Shown here: positions 48,601-61,556 of the stretch, one piece after another
Layout of the letters: the number at the start of each line of letters is the position of its first letter
Numbering within the stretch: the first letter of the stretch is position 1
NCBI GenBank assembly: GCA_046563655.1
Contig: CM102283.1
Span: 7,936,001-8,000,000, forward strand
Origin: Yuukianura sp. NJ FZ-2021
Taxonomy: Eukaryota
Length of the DNA: 64,000 nucleotides
Direction of reading: 5' to 3'
Translations under genes and position numbers: made by a program
The notes under the pieces: generated by a model
What the model was told of the DNA's origin: nothing
Seen by the model: the letters and a program-made list of their open reading frames with translations, nothing else
Database searches by the model: none

Positions 48601-49052
48601 GGATAAAGTCAGTACAGCTCTGAAGACAATCTATGACAACAATGTACTTGGATTCTGTAATGGTGAACTTGGTGCTGTCAATGGAATGTGTCCAGATGGA
48701 ACCATTGACATGCATTCTATCCAGAGCGAAGAAACTTGGACTGGAGTTACCTATGCTTTGGCAGCTACTATGATTTCCAACGTGAGTCGAAACAAAAACA
48801 AAAGTTTCACGTTGCCCCATTTTCAAAAATGTTTTCATGATTTTTTTTTTGTGTGCTAAGGGCATGCCAACTGAAGGATTCAAAACGGCTGAAGGAATTT
48901 ACCGCACGGTTTATGAAAAAATTGGAATGGGATACGAAACTCCCGAGGCTGTTCTTCATACGAAACGGTACAGAGCAATTGGGTACATGCGTCCTCTCAG
49001 TATCTGGGCAATGCTCAACGCATGGAACCGCCGCAAAAACTTGCAAAACTAG
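45627..49052 (+). CDS. GBA2: Non-lysosomal glucosylceramidase (GH116)
   Basis: Motifs [79 protein letters not shown] and [11 protein letters not shown]. Confidence 0.93.
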
Positions 49053-49820
49053 TCAAGAAACCTCAATCACACGCCTAAATCTACAACTTAACAATATTTT
49101 CAAGTCAACATTATGCTAATAATTCCATGTGATGCTTACAAGCACATTGCTTTACAAGGCTAAATCATAATTCGTAAATACCCGACTAACGTTCAAACAG
49201 AGTTACCAAAACGATCAATAATTTTATCGAAGCTCATTTACGGTAGTAGCCAGCCTTAATACATTGCTCCTAATCAACTAACTTGCGTACTGTACTATTG
49301 CTGGTTAGTTTTTTCGCAACATCCTGCGCCTGCCGCAAACTATTAAAAAAAACTTTAATTATATAGGATTGTACATAGTATATAAAAAATTAAGTTCTCA
49401 TGAACAAGGCTAACCGGTCGCATAACTCCTATTGTTGTTTCTCGCACGATATGACGTTTTACGTTCACTAGAATAAAAAACCAACCAAAATCTCGCAACG
49501 CTCAACACCAATTACAATGTGCAAAACAATTCCAACAAAAAAGAGATCTTTTGTGTTTAGTGTCACTCTATTCTTTCATTAATAAACTCGTTATCGTGAT
49601 AACTTCAATCAACATTTCGACAGTAGTTGCATTAACTAGCATTTTTAAGTTTTTTGACATCATTTTCACCTAAACATTGTTTTTACTGAACACTTTCCAT
49701 CATTCAAAATTTAACAAAAAAAAATGCTGCAGAGTTAACCTTACTCAAATTTTGAACCTCAAACTGGTTTTTACACAAAAACTGTCAATTCGTTCTGAAA
49801 TTTAACTAAAACTGCTCAAG

Positions 49821-51245
49821 ATGGGGTTTAGATCGTTACTGTTCTGGAGAAAATCAACAGAAATTACAATTTCGAACTTACCGATTAGTGAAAAACGGAA
49901 TGTGCAACTTGATTACTTCAATGAAAGTGAAATCTGGACAATTCCGAGTTACATCAATCTTGGCGCGGAGTTTGATGTAGAACCAAAGGTCAAGTTCAAG
50001 GTCACCGACAAAAGTTCGTCACCTTTTTATCACAATTTGATTGAAGAAGGGCCCTTGATTCCAGGAGACTTTGACACTAACGAGAACTGGAAAGCTCCAC
50101 CGTGGCTGGACTTGAAGTCACTCCAGCAAGGTCTGTCTCTTGTCAAGAAAAACTTCTACGCAGTGTTCTTTGCGCATGTCGTCACTTTGTTTCTGATTGT
50201 CACCATACGACCACTCCTAGCTCTGCTCATGCGCACAACTCCTTTGGCCAACATAGCTCCACAGAAGGACAAGAAACCGTCGCTGTCGTTCCTCTTCACA
50301 CTCAAACTGCTGCTCAAACTGAGACAAATCTATGAAGAGCTGGAGCTACTCGCAACCGGAGATTCAGCCCCGTTCGAACAGAATCTGAAAAAGTTACGTC
50401 AAAAATTTCAGTTGGCGAGTCAAAATTTCAGGAAATTTTTACCACCGTTATCAACTGAACTTACTTTGACAAGTGATGAGTTACTGGAATTCAAGAAATT
50501 TCGTCATGCTGTTGACGATTTATGTCCAATGACTCCTAATGAGCTCCGACAAGTCGAGAAAATCAAGACGACGCTGAATCCAGACGTTCCTTTGAGTCAG
50601 TATGACTTGGCCATGGTCCAATTCCTGTTCGTTTGTCCTGTTCTCCTTTTTTCGCGGGCTTTTGGCATGGGAAGCATGGACGACAAGCATATCACTGGAC
50701 TCTGTCATCTCTGGGCCCTGATTGGTCAGTCGCTGGGACTTCAAGATGAATTTAACTTTGCTTTGCTCTCATCCAAACCTGAAAATAGAACAAGATCAAT
50801 TGAGATTGCTACTGAAATGGAACTGAAAATTGTCAAGTTTAGTTTCACCCAGAGTGATGCTTTAGTTTTCAAACTGTGGTGTACCTTAAGCAGGAACTTG
50901 AAACAACAGTGGCTTGGGTGCTTCATGTTGCTTAACATTCCATGTCTGCTGTACTTCATATCCAAGTTTTTGTTTCAAATTCAATTAGATAAGCTGCCAT
51001 GGACATTAAAACTAAACTACTACGTCCATAGAATGCTTATCATAGCAAACCGATGCTGGATCTGTAGGGTTACGCTCAACGCAGTACTTCGCAGCATCCT
51101 GTCACTTGGGCAGTGGTTTTACCTTACAAGGCAAAAACCTAACACTGAAACAGAAAATTTCGCTGGAAGCAGAATTAGCTTAACTAGAAGCATAAGATGG
51201 TCGAGTAAAGAAGATGGAATTGCTTTTGAAACTGTTGAAGTGTAG
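49821..51245 (+). CDS. Single-exon DUF2236 / ER-bound oxygenase MpaB-like protein, divergent
   Basis: 474-aa ORF. PPWLD...QGL...KNF, LSQYDLAMVQFLFV and HLWALIGQSLGLQDEFNF resemble the arthropod MpaB/DUF2236 family (recognised from memory, not searched). Confidence 0.65.
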   Translation: MGFRSLLFWRKSTEITISNLPISEKRNVQLDYFNESEIWTIPSYINLGAEFDVEPKVKFKVTDKSSSPFYHNLIEEGPLIPGDFDTNENWKAPPWLDLKSLQQGLSLVKKNFYAVFFAHVVTLFLIVTIRPLLALLMRTTPLANIAPQKDKKPSLSFLFTLKLLLKLRQIYEELELLATGDSAPFEQNLKKLRQKFQLASQNFRKFLPPLSTELTLTSDELLEFKKFRHAVDDLCPMTPNELRQVEKIKTTLNPDVPLSQYDLAMVQFLFVCPVLLFSRAFGMGSMDDKHITGLCHLWALIGQSLGLQDEFNFALLSSKPENRTRSIEIATEMELKIVKFSFTQSDALVFKLWCTLSRNLKQQWLGCFMLLNIPCLLYFISKFLFQIQLDKLPWTLKLNYYVHRMLIIANRCWICRVTLNAVLRSILSLGQWFYLTRQKPNTETENFAGSRISLTRSIRWSSKEDGIAFETVEV

Positions 51246-51377
51246 AATAAAGTGTTAATTAAAATAAGTTAACTAAAGCTCAAATTAGTTAATTAAAATT
51301 AAGTTTAGTATTCGCAGTAGTAAAAGGCGTTTGAACAATTTTATTTACCTGTCATGATTTAAAATTTGCTTGTTTCA

Positions 51378-52829
51378 CTAACTTTTCGGGGTTTCTTGAA
51401 GAGTATTTTGGTGGCTCAGGAATTTTATGATATGAGGAGCAACTATCTCGGGCGACATTAAGTGCAGATGATGATGGCCATCTAGGTGTACCATGCGAAG
51501 GTCCCGATCTGGATTGGCAGTGGGGTTGCTTTTCATCCAACCAATGACATGCTTCCGAATAGTTGGCCGCTCGTAATGCACACCGTCTTTGGCAATGATG
51601 TAAAGTAATTCGCTTCTGGAAAGAAAAATGGTCATATGTTAAGATTAAACAGAGCAACGGAGAATTGCTGTATTTCTAATTTTTTTCTTTTCCAGTACTA
51701 ACTGAAAGTTCTCCGCTAGTCTTTTGATCTGCTTCGTTGTAAGCGTCATGATAGGCAGATATTGGACTCGAATGTCATGCGTGAAGTGGAACTGTCCAGA
51801 TCCGGGCTGAGCTTCACACATTCCTCTGGAAAGCAATACTTTGCAGCTAGCCTCGTCGAGTCCTCCTACACGCGAGTGGAGTGTTCTTAACAAAATTTCT
51901 TCATAAGAGTACAGCGGTGGCTTATTCTTGGCCAATTTATCTTCGAACTTGAGACTATCTGCTAAAGCGTGGGGAACCATGTTTAGAATTTCATCCCCGG
52001 TGAATAAAATGGGCGTCAAAGCATCAATTGTTATCTAAATACATAAGAGTATCAATTATGAATGAATATAAACAAGTAATAGAATTCCAAACGTAGTAAT
52101 AATAAAGAATTACAAGTTTATGGATAGCTCCGGGATTCGTCGATGCGTAAAGGAAGCCAAGAATTCCGCCAAGGGAGTGTCCCATGTAACTTATCGGCTC
52201 AGTCCACTTGAAGTGACGAAATAAACGGGCAATTAGTAAAAGAATGTCGGGCACTTGGTAGGTCATTCCAGCAGGGAAGTGACTGTGAAAAGAAACGAGG
52301 TCATAAAAAATGCATAACACTTTTTAAAAATTGAATAAACTTGAAACTAACCTGGAAAATCCGTGACCTGGTAAATCCACAGCTATGAAATAATACTGAT
52401 TTTGTAATGACGGCAGCAGAAGTGGTATGAGTCGATCGAAACTGGCTAAATTATCTTTCCAACCGTGCATTACCAAAATAGGACTTTTCGAGCGGTCACC
52501 CCACATCCTTGCTGCAAGAAAATTGTTATTAGTTTCAGCAAAGAAAGCGAAGGTGAAATCAAATTACCAGCCACGAAACCGTAAGGCATTGGAATATTCT
52601 CGTCCTCATACTGAAATCGTCCTGAAGGAGATACATCGCTGGAGGAAAAGCGTACTTCCCGTTGGTACCACTGACTTGTTGCATTGGGATTTATAAATCT
52701 GGCATAATCAAGATTAACAAAATGTTAAGTTAATTCAAGTAGTACTTCACTAGTTCAGATATTGAACACGAAATACCTTTTGAAGGACAGGCTTCTTCTC
52801 ACTACGTTCCATACAGCGTGCCGAAACAT
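51378..52829 (-). CDS. Serine hydrolase-like alpha/beta hydrolase (SERHL/kraken family)
   Basis: Motifs PYGFVA, HGWKDNLASFDRLIPLL, DLPGHGFS, nucleophile GHSLGG and GHHHLHL. The N-terminus MFRHAVWNVVRRSLSFKR looks like a mitochondrial presequence. Confidence 0.85.
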
Positions 52830-53480
52830 TCGCGCATGAGATCACAATGTTTGCCCTACACTTGTGAGATTGATGTCGGTCGTTGTCATTTAATTTTCCA
52901 GATTCCTGGTTACGTGACCGTGAATCTACAGAAACACGATTCGATTGAAGTCAAGCTCTTAATTTAACTTCAACTATGCCAGTAATCAAATCAAACCTTA
53001 CCATTTCGTTGGTCTGGCTGGTAAGCTTTGTTGATAGAAACGTAAAGATCAAGGTCAAGCAGCGTCAAGTTATCCAGTGCTCCGCTACAAATACCCGAGG
53101 TAGAATGCCCGTTTTTTCGTCAGCTGAACTTGAACACAGCTGGAGCTGACAGCTGATCATTGATCTTGAATTTTTAGATAATTTCCATTTGTATTTTGGT
53201 TCGCGCCAAAAATACCTGCAGTCTCTCTTTGTTCCCTTTGTCTTTAACAACTGAAGGAATTATCAGCTGTCAGTGTCACGCACTTGCCAGTTGCCACCCG
53301 CCAATCGTCAGTTACTGGCTAGTGGCTACCTTTCGAGATTTGGGTAATTGATTGAATTGATCGTTGACGTAAATGGGTTGAAATTAAACCACGATGTAAT
53401 TTACGTTATTTTACCATATTTTATTTTCATTTTTAGGGATTTTTAGGTGAATAAGAGAGCGAGAGACAACGTTTTAGGCA

Positions 53481-54292
53481 ATGGCTGAAGCGGCATATGG
53501 AAGGAAGTCTATTCTCTTCGTCTGTTTAGGTAAATTGAGGAATTAAGTTGTTAGTCAATTGAAATTGCTGATATTCTGATTTCGCATTGTTAGGTAACAT
53601 CTGTCGGTCTCCTATGGCAGAAGCAGTGTTTCTAGAAATCCTGAAGGGCAGGCCGGACAAAGATGAATGGAAGGTAGATAGTTGTGCCACCGATGGTTGG
53701 AACGCTGGAGGCCGTCCTGATCGCCGATGCATGCAGACTCTGAAGGAAAACAATATAACTGATTATCATCATACATGTCGAAAGGTAGAGGCACAAGCAT
53801 ATGAGGAATTGGCAACATTAATGTTGTTTAAATATTTGGAATTATGAATGTTGTCTAAAAGTATTTGTGTTTGACAGGTTAAGAAAAGCGACTTCACGAA
53901 TTTCCAATACATCGTTTGCATGGACCAGAGTAATTTAGGGGATTTGACACACATCACGCCGGCGAACTCCATTGCCAAAGTCTCGCTGCTTGGTTGGTGG
54001 TTACATACTTTGCAATCTTTTACTTGCAGTGTATCGAACATTTTTATTGGATCTGGATTTCTATTCCAGGAAAATACGATCCTGAAAATCCTACTGGAGT
54101 GATTCGTGATCCGTATTATGTAAGTAGCTGATTCCACAGCTTTTGCTCCCAAACACAAAGACTTGTTACAAGTGACCACCTTCTTGTTTTCAAATTCAGG
54201 ATGACGAACACGATATGAAGGGATTCAAGAACGTCTTTAAACTCTCAAAACGTGCTTGCGAAGCATTTTTAAGTTCAGAAGGGTTTGATTAG
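53481..54292 (+). CDS. ACP1: Low-molecular-weight phosphotyrosine protein phosphatase
   Basis: P-loop VCLG|NICRS split by an intron, then VDSCAT, MDQSN and IRDPYY; stop TAG at 54290-54292. Divergently transcribed from the SERHL gene. Confidence 0.92.
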
Positions 54293-55442
54293 CGATTTGA
54301 TTAGTATTTCTACACGGAGCAAACTGATTGCGAATTTAGGTAAAAAGATTTTATTCGTCTTAGCGTAGATCTGGTGAATTTGTTTGATACATGTTTCCCA
54401 TTACTCTTAATTTAGATTTGTGACCGCTAAAGTCTGTTTTACTGACAGCTAAACCTAATGTGTATCAGAGTTGATTGTTGCAAAATATTTCCGATTTAAT
54501 TAATCATTTGTTGCGGCCTTGTGTGCCCCATTTCCATGCCCAAAGCCCAACTCTGCTGAAATCCAATTAAAGTCGCAGATTTTGGCTGACCTCGTGCAGC
54601 GATGCCTAGATGTGAACACAGATGTATGATAGAGATAGATTTCAATCTATGAAAGAATGGTAGAAAATTAAGTAAAATGGTGGATTCAATGGGGAGATTC
54701 AAAAATGATTAACACTTCAATATTCACAAAAATTTAACAACTTAAAGATGGTCAAAAATTATTTAAGTAAATCGCTTTCTTTCTTGGGCTTGCCTTTTGT
54801 GTGGTTACATTGAGACATATCGAGCTCTGTTTCAACCAGAAACCACCGAAAGATGTTAATTTTTTTTTTTTGCAAAATAACCGCAGAAATCATAAAGAAA
54901 ATCAATCACACTGCGGCGAGGGAGTAATTTAGACGACGAGGTCTTAATGTTCACTGTGTTTACCAATATTAGTCACCGGTTTCGTATCAACAACTGCATC
55001 GGTAAACAGCTGACAATCCAAAGGCAAACTTACTCTTCAATTAACAAACCAGCGTTAAATTTTCCAAAGGTAATGTAACTACTGTTCAGTAATGGGTTTC
55101 ATTTTCACAATTCCTTGTCTTTGATGTGTAATCAATCGTAGTAGAATTCCAGACAAGGGGAATTTCATCAATTAGTTATTAACATGTGCTTAAAGATCAT
55201 TTGCGTTAGAAACATTGACAATGTCAGTCTGACAGTAACCAGCGTAATATTGGCTTTTGATACCCTATGCAGCCCGGTTTTTTTCGCTAATTAGCTTAAC
55301 CTACCTACATTTAGTACATGTAACACAGCAATGCTGTGTATGTAATTTATAGAAAATATTGTACGAAATACCGTTGAGTTACTAATCCATGCACTAATCT
55401 AAGCGAAGCAATAATCCTTACAGGATAGAAAAATCGATAAAA

Positions 55443-57458
55443 ATGGAGGACGACATTCCCGATGTCGTCTCGAAGTCGTACAACCTCGCAGAACAACATT
55501 CAGACTTCGTGACCTCTGAAACCGGAACATCTACGTCCGAAATCCTACACGTCCTATTCTCGATCTCAATTACTCCGCTACTCGTCGCCTTACTGACTCC
55601 ATGGATCGTCCCACCCAACTTCATTCCTATGGCATTCGGCGATGTTCCTAGTCGTAACATCATTCGTACCATAATCGAATATCCAATCATGGGAGTCCTT
55701 CCGCTTCTTATAATCACGATCTTCGCTGGCGACGTGGATGAAAACCAAGAAGGATTCTACCAACAGCTAGCCTATTGCGTACCAACAGTCCTCGTGCTGA
55801 CTTGCATTGGGATTGTCATCGTCAATCATTCCATCTCCACGCCCACTTGGAGTTCTCTCTGGACGTTGTTGAGTCGTATTCAAGACAAGGTCATGACTCC
55901 AAAGATTGTAGACAACAGATCCAAGGGCTTCAAGAAAAGTACAACTCAGCACATTCCATTCGTGACTACTTTCCGGGCAATGATTATCTACGTCACGGTC
56001 CTCGGAATACTTGCGGTTGACTTCCAGATTTTCCCTCGACGTTTTGCCAAAACAAAGGCTTTCGGATTTAGTTTGATGGATGTGGGAACTGGAAGTTTCA
56101 TTTTTGCTAATGGAATTGTGTCACCAGAAGCACGTCGATTGAGTTCAAATTTTCGTCAGTCTCTAATTGCCTCAGTTCCTATTTTCGTCCTTGGATTTAT
56201 TCGGCTCATCACAGTCAAAGGTAATTCATCATCAAGTAATCGAACACTTAATTGGAGGAAGTAACTAATTCTGTCATTTTGTGTTTCAGGTGTAGAATAC
56301 CAAGAAGTTGTTGAAGAATACGGAGTCCACTGGAACTTTTTCTTCACACTGGCTATCGTGAAAGTATCAAGCGCCGCTCTCTTCCGCTTCATCAGTACAA
56401 AGCATTCAATCAAAATTGGATTTGCAATTGCCCTTGCTTATGACGCTTTTCTCGTCAACACTGGATTTCAAAACGATTATCTTCTGAATTCATCGGTTCC
56501 ACGAACTACGTTAGTTGATGCCAATCGAGAAGGAATTTTCTCCACTATTGGCTACATTTCCATTTACCTCATGAGCATTTACTGTGGACAGCTGATTTAC
56601 CATGGACAGATTTCCCGAACCCGATTTCGTGACTGGATGAAATATGTTATTGTCGCTGGACTACAAATCACTTTCCTATGGTTCTTGGTCTATTTGGCTC
56701 ACAACCACTGGAATCCATGTTCACGTCGAGCTGGAAACTTAAGTTACGTTCTCTGGTCAGTATCCAGCAACTATACTGTCTTATGGTTCCATGCAACTTT
56801 CTTCCTTATCCAAAAAGTACTGCAACATACTGGACTTATTTATGGTCCACTGCTTTACCACCAACTGGAAGCCAACGAAGAGCTACTCAAGGCACGTCAG
56901 TTGAAAAGTGAAATTGAAGCTAGTCGACAGCGGGACGAAACTAAGTTTAGCCAGGAATCAGCCAAAGATGAGAGTCTGAATGAGCTGGAACTGCTTAGAC
57001 TGGAAGGCAAATTGGGCCTGATGGAAGAGAAACTAAAAGCAAGGAAGACTCCAGTACCTAAAGATGCTGGGGACAAAGATGCTGCGGAAGTAGTTTCTCA
57101 GAAGGAACTGGAAGAACTGGCTGATGAAATGGAAAAGGAGCTGGAACATGCTGCGAAGAAATCGAAGAAGGAAGGAAGTAGCTTAAGGGAAATTGTAAAA
57201 GAGATTCATGAAAGTGAGCTTAACGTTGCTTTCATGCCAGACTTGACTCTAACTCCAGTAATTGCTACTGCCATTTGTTACAATGGATTGGCAGTATTTC
57301 TACTGGGGAATTTACTTACTGGAGCAATTAACTCTATGGTGGTGTCAATGTACACTCCAGATGCAATTGCCCTTGTCATTCTATGGTCTTATGCTACACT
57401 CATTGTTACCATTAGTGTGGTTCTGTACTTTTATAAAATTCAACTCAAGTTCTGGTAG
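55443..57458 (+). CDS. PIGW: GPI inositol acyltransferase PIG-W/GWT1
   Basis: Motifs ILAVDFQIFPRRFAKT, SLMDVGTGSF, EYGVHWNFFFTLA, ANREGIFS, SRRAGNLSYVLW and FLLGNLLTGAIN. One intron at 56221-56289. Confidence 0.92.
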
Positions 57459-57867
57459 ATAATGATTTTTTCGGTAGAATCAATTTTGAAAAGAATCACA
57501 AATAGAAAATAAATCAATTATTGTAATTAATCGATCTGTCAACTTTCAGCTTCAAACTTTTCGTTACTTTCCTTCTATCTTGATCTGAATTTAGTCGTAA
57601 TATGAGGCATCGGAGTTAGTAGTTGCTTTTTTGTATAATCCCAAATTCTAATTGCTGTACTTTTGATTTTTTCAGAAATCTGCTCCAGTAGTTGGAACTT
57701 TTCAGTTGCCAAGAGTAACCAGTGTTGATCTGGTCACACGTCGAAGAAACAACAACCAATCAACTTTATCTGTTTTCAGCTTCTACTTGCCAGAGCGAGG
57801 TCGTCGAAATTTTGGTCAGTTGCGGGAATTCAGTACTAAACTTGGTCAAGAGGAAGAAGATTTGAAG

Positions 57868-60800
57868 ATGGCAGCACCATTTGCTTATCCGGAAGTGAAA
57901 CGAGACGAATCAGTTGTGGAGTCTTACCATGGATCTCTGGTAATTGAGAAATAGTAGGCGGTTTTTTAGCGTAATAAGTAGAGAAGTTGAAGTATGTTTT
58001 TCAAACAACTTTGTGATTTTTTTTAGATTCCTGATCCTTATCGATGGCTGGAAGGTATAAAAAAGGCAGAGAAAGACTTCGAGATGCATTTCGTGTATTT
58101 TTAGTATTGATTTGTAATTGATATTGATTGGTTTGATGGATTTTGTAGACCCGGATTCGGAAGAGACCAAGGCCTTTGTGGAAGCACAGAACAAAGTGAC
58201 CGTTCCGTTCCTGGAGGCTTGTCCAGTTCGTGAAAAGCTCAATAAGCGACTTACTGATCTCTGGAACTACGAAAAGTACTCTTGTCCTTCCAAACGCGGT
58301 CCGCGGTACTACTTTTTCAAAAACACGGGATTACAAAACCAAAGGTAACAATGAAATGATGTTGTGAGTGACCTATTGTCCTATTAGCTGCGTTTGTTTG
58401 AAGTTTGGTTATGTAATAAGTATTTTGGTTTTAGTGTTATGTACATGCAAAAGACGTTGGAGGATGAGCCGACGCTGTTCTTTGATCCGAACACTCTCTC
58501 TGAGGACGGAACCATTGCTGTCAGTACTTACAGATTCTCTGAAGATGGCAACTTTTTCGCTTACGGTCTGTCACAAAGTGGCTCTGACTGGATTACAATT
58601 CATGTAAGTTGAAATTCAATATTGAAACTGTTGACATTATACAAAGATTTGCTTCTGAGACTGACCAACTTTTATGAAACTTGGCAGGTGAAAAACGCTT
58701 TTACGGGGGAGAAACTTCCGGAAGTTCTTGAGAAGGCGAAGTTTACAAGTATTAATTGGACTCACGACAATCTTGGATTCTTTTATGCGGTGAGATTATA
58801 AGTAGTTGATGATAGAGTAACTTTTTTTTATTGTTTTTTAGCAGTAGCAGAAGGATTACAGTAAAATTGTTTCTTTTTAGTGTTATCCGGATCAAGAAGG
58901 TAAAACTGATGGATCCGAAACCACGGCAGCCCAAAATCAGAAAATATTTTACCATCGTATTGGAACTCCGCAGTCTCAAGATACTTTGATGATCCAGTTT
59001 ACTGAAAATCCTGATTGGATGATGTAAGGTTCAAGTATTAAGAATAAACTTTTTTTCAGTACTTGAGTGACTTTCTGAAATTCTGTTTTGTTACAGTGAC
59101 GTGGAAGTGTCAGACTGCGGTAATTACTTGGTCGTTAACGTCAGCAAGGAGTGTCGAGACAACTTGGTCTTTTACGCCGATCTGGTTCAGCCTGTGAAGG
59201 ATGGTCTTACGCAACCATTGACTTTGAAACCGATTGTTACCAAGTTTGAAGCTGACTACAACGTAAAACAAACGACATTTAAAAAAAAAAGTTCGATTTG
59301 ATGAACAGCTGATTGACTGATAGTTGGAATTTTATCTCATTTTCAGTATGTTACGAATGATGGCAGCGTGATGATTTTTCGGACAAACAAGGGAGCTCCG
59401 AACTACCGACTTGTCAAAATTGATTTTGAAAACCCTGCAGAAGAAGCGTGGACAACGTTTATCCCTCAGCATTCCAAGAATGTGTTGGATTGGGCAGTTG
59501 CAGTGAACATGTAATTTTGAAAGTTTTACTGTATTATAGGATTTTGACTTATTTTTTGAACTTTCCGCCAGGGACAAGTTAGTTTTGTGCTACATGGAGG
59601 ACGTCAAGAATACGTTGGAGCTCCATGATCTTAAAGATGGACGACTGATTCAGAACTTTCCAATTGATGTTGGAACAGTCACGGCCTTTAGTGGAAAACT
59701 TGAGCATACGGAAATGTTTTTCCAGTTTTCCTCCTTTTTGACTCCAGGAAAAATCTATCATGTTGATTTCACTAAATCACCGTTGGAGGCTAAAGTACTT
59801 CGGGAAATCACCATGAAAGGATTCGATTCTTCCAAATTCACTACGACTCAAGTATTCTATCCAAGCAAGGACGGTACACAGCAAATTCCAATGTTCATTG
59901 TTCATAAGAAGGTAAGTTTTTGATTCAAACATGAAAGTTTTTTCCATGTTATACCTTGGTTTAAGTTTTGATTTGACGTTTAACAGGATATCGTTCTGGA
60001 TGGGTCCAATCCGTGCTTGTTGTATGGTTACGGTGGTTTCAACATCAGCGTCCAACCAGCATTTTCCGTTACGCGTCTAGTCTACATGATGCACTTCAAT
60101 GGTATTGTTGCTATTCCTAACATTCGTGGAGGTGGAGAGTATGGTGAAAATTGGCACAATGCAGGTAAGAAAGCAAAGTCAATTGAAATTTTGATGGTTT
60201 CATGGTTGTTCAATTTGAATTTTTTGTTTTTGTTTAGGACGTTTGCACAACAAGCAAAATTGCTTCGATGACTTCCAGTCAGCAGCCGAGTACTTGATTA
60301 AAAACAAGTACACTTCGTCCCCGAAGCTTACAATTCAAGGCGGGTCCAATGGTGGGTTGTTGGTGGCGGCTTGTTTGAATCAACGTCCAGGTATGTTATT
60401 AAAAGCTATTCTAATTTTCAGAAAGGAACTCATTTCCAAGATAAAAATTATTCTAAAAATGATGTACTTTCATTTAGATCTTTTTGGAGGCGGAATTGCT
60501 CAAGTGGGGTAAGTTGAAAATATTCGCCATTTTTGAAACATTGATGACATCAGTTGGTGTATTTACTTTTTTTGTCTTTTTAGTGTCATGGACATGCTTC
60601 GCTTTCACAAGTGAGTGCTATTTGAAATGGAATTTTTCATATTGTTTTTTAGTTAGCCGGAGTTGGCTAATTTTTGTTGTTAAATTTGAATTCAATTTGA
60701 ATTTGAAAAGTCGTTTTGAATGTTTATCCAGGCATACTATTGGGTACACTTGGTCATCGGACTATGGGAACTCTGATTCCAAGGAACATTTTGACACGCT

Positions 60801-61366
60801 CATCAAGTACTCTCCTTTGCACAATGTCAGTGTTCCTCAAGATGGACAGTATCCGGCATTACTTTTGTTGACGGCCGATCATGAGTGAGTGACAGGAACT
60901 ACTTGAGGTGTAATTCTGTCGACTTTTGCTAAATATTTGACGTTTTGGTTGCAGTGATCGCGTAGTGCCATCACACTCGTACAAGTTTATTGCCACGATT
61001 CAACAAGCATTGGGGAACCACCCATCCCAGGTTAGTATCTAGGATTTGTATTTTAGTCACCCAGTTACATGGCTGAGTCCAGTGAATTAGAAATTTTGAA
61101 AATTTTTGTTTCTGTTTGGTAGAAAAATCCGTTGATGATTCGTGTCGAGACGAAAGCAGGACATGGAGCTGGAAAACCAACTGCAAAAATTGTAAGTAAA
61201 GTAAAGACTAGTAAAATTCCTAAAAAAAAAATTTTCTCCTGGAATTCCGAATTTTTCATTTCCAGTAAAAAAAATAATTTTTGTATGTTTATTACAGATT
61301 GAAGAACACACTGACATTCTGTGCTTCATGGCTCAGGCTCAAGGTCACGAGACCCACGACTTATAA
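57868..61366 (+). CDS. PREP: Prolyl endopeptidase (S9A)
   Basis: Motifs [26 protein letters not shown], catalytic [12 protein letters not shown](D/E)DRV and AGHGAGKP. Many short exons; stop TAA at 61364-61366. Confidence 0.93.
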
Positions 61367-61556
61367 ATCCAAATTCAAGTTTACTTTTCAAAAAGTTACT
61401 TCATAATTTCTAAAATAAATTCGATTTTTCTCTTCTCATTGAGGTGTTTGCAGCACTCAGTTTTTAATTTCTGTTTAAAATTAGCATTCTAATTCAAAAT
61501 TTTACATGAGAGAGTATGATTTTCAAAGCGTTTTGTGACTTTAAATTCTTTTTTTC

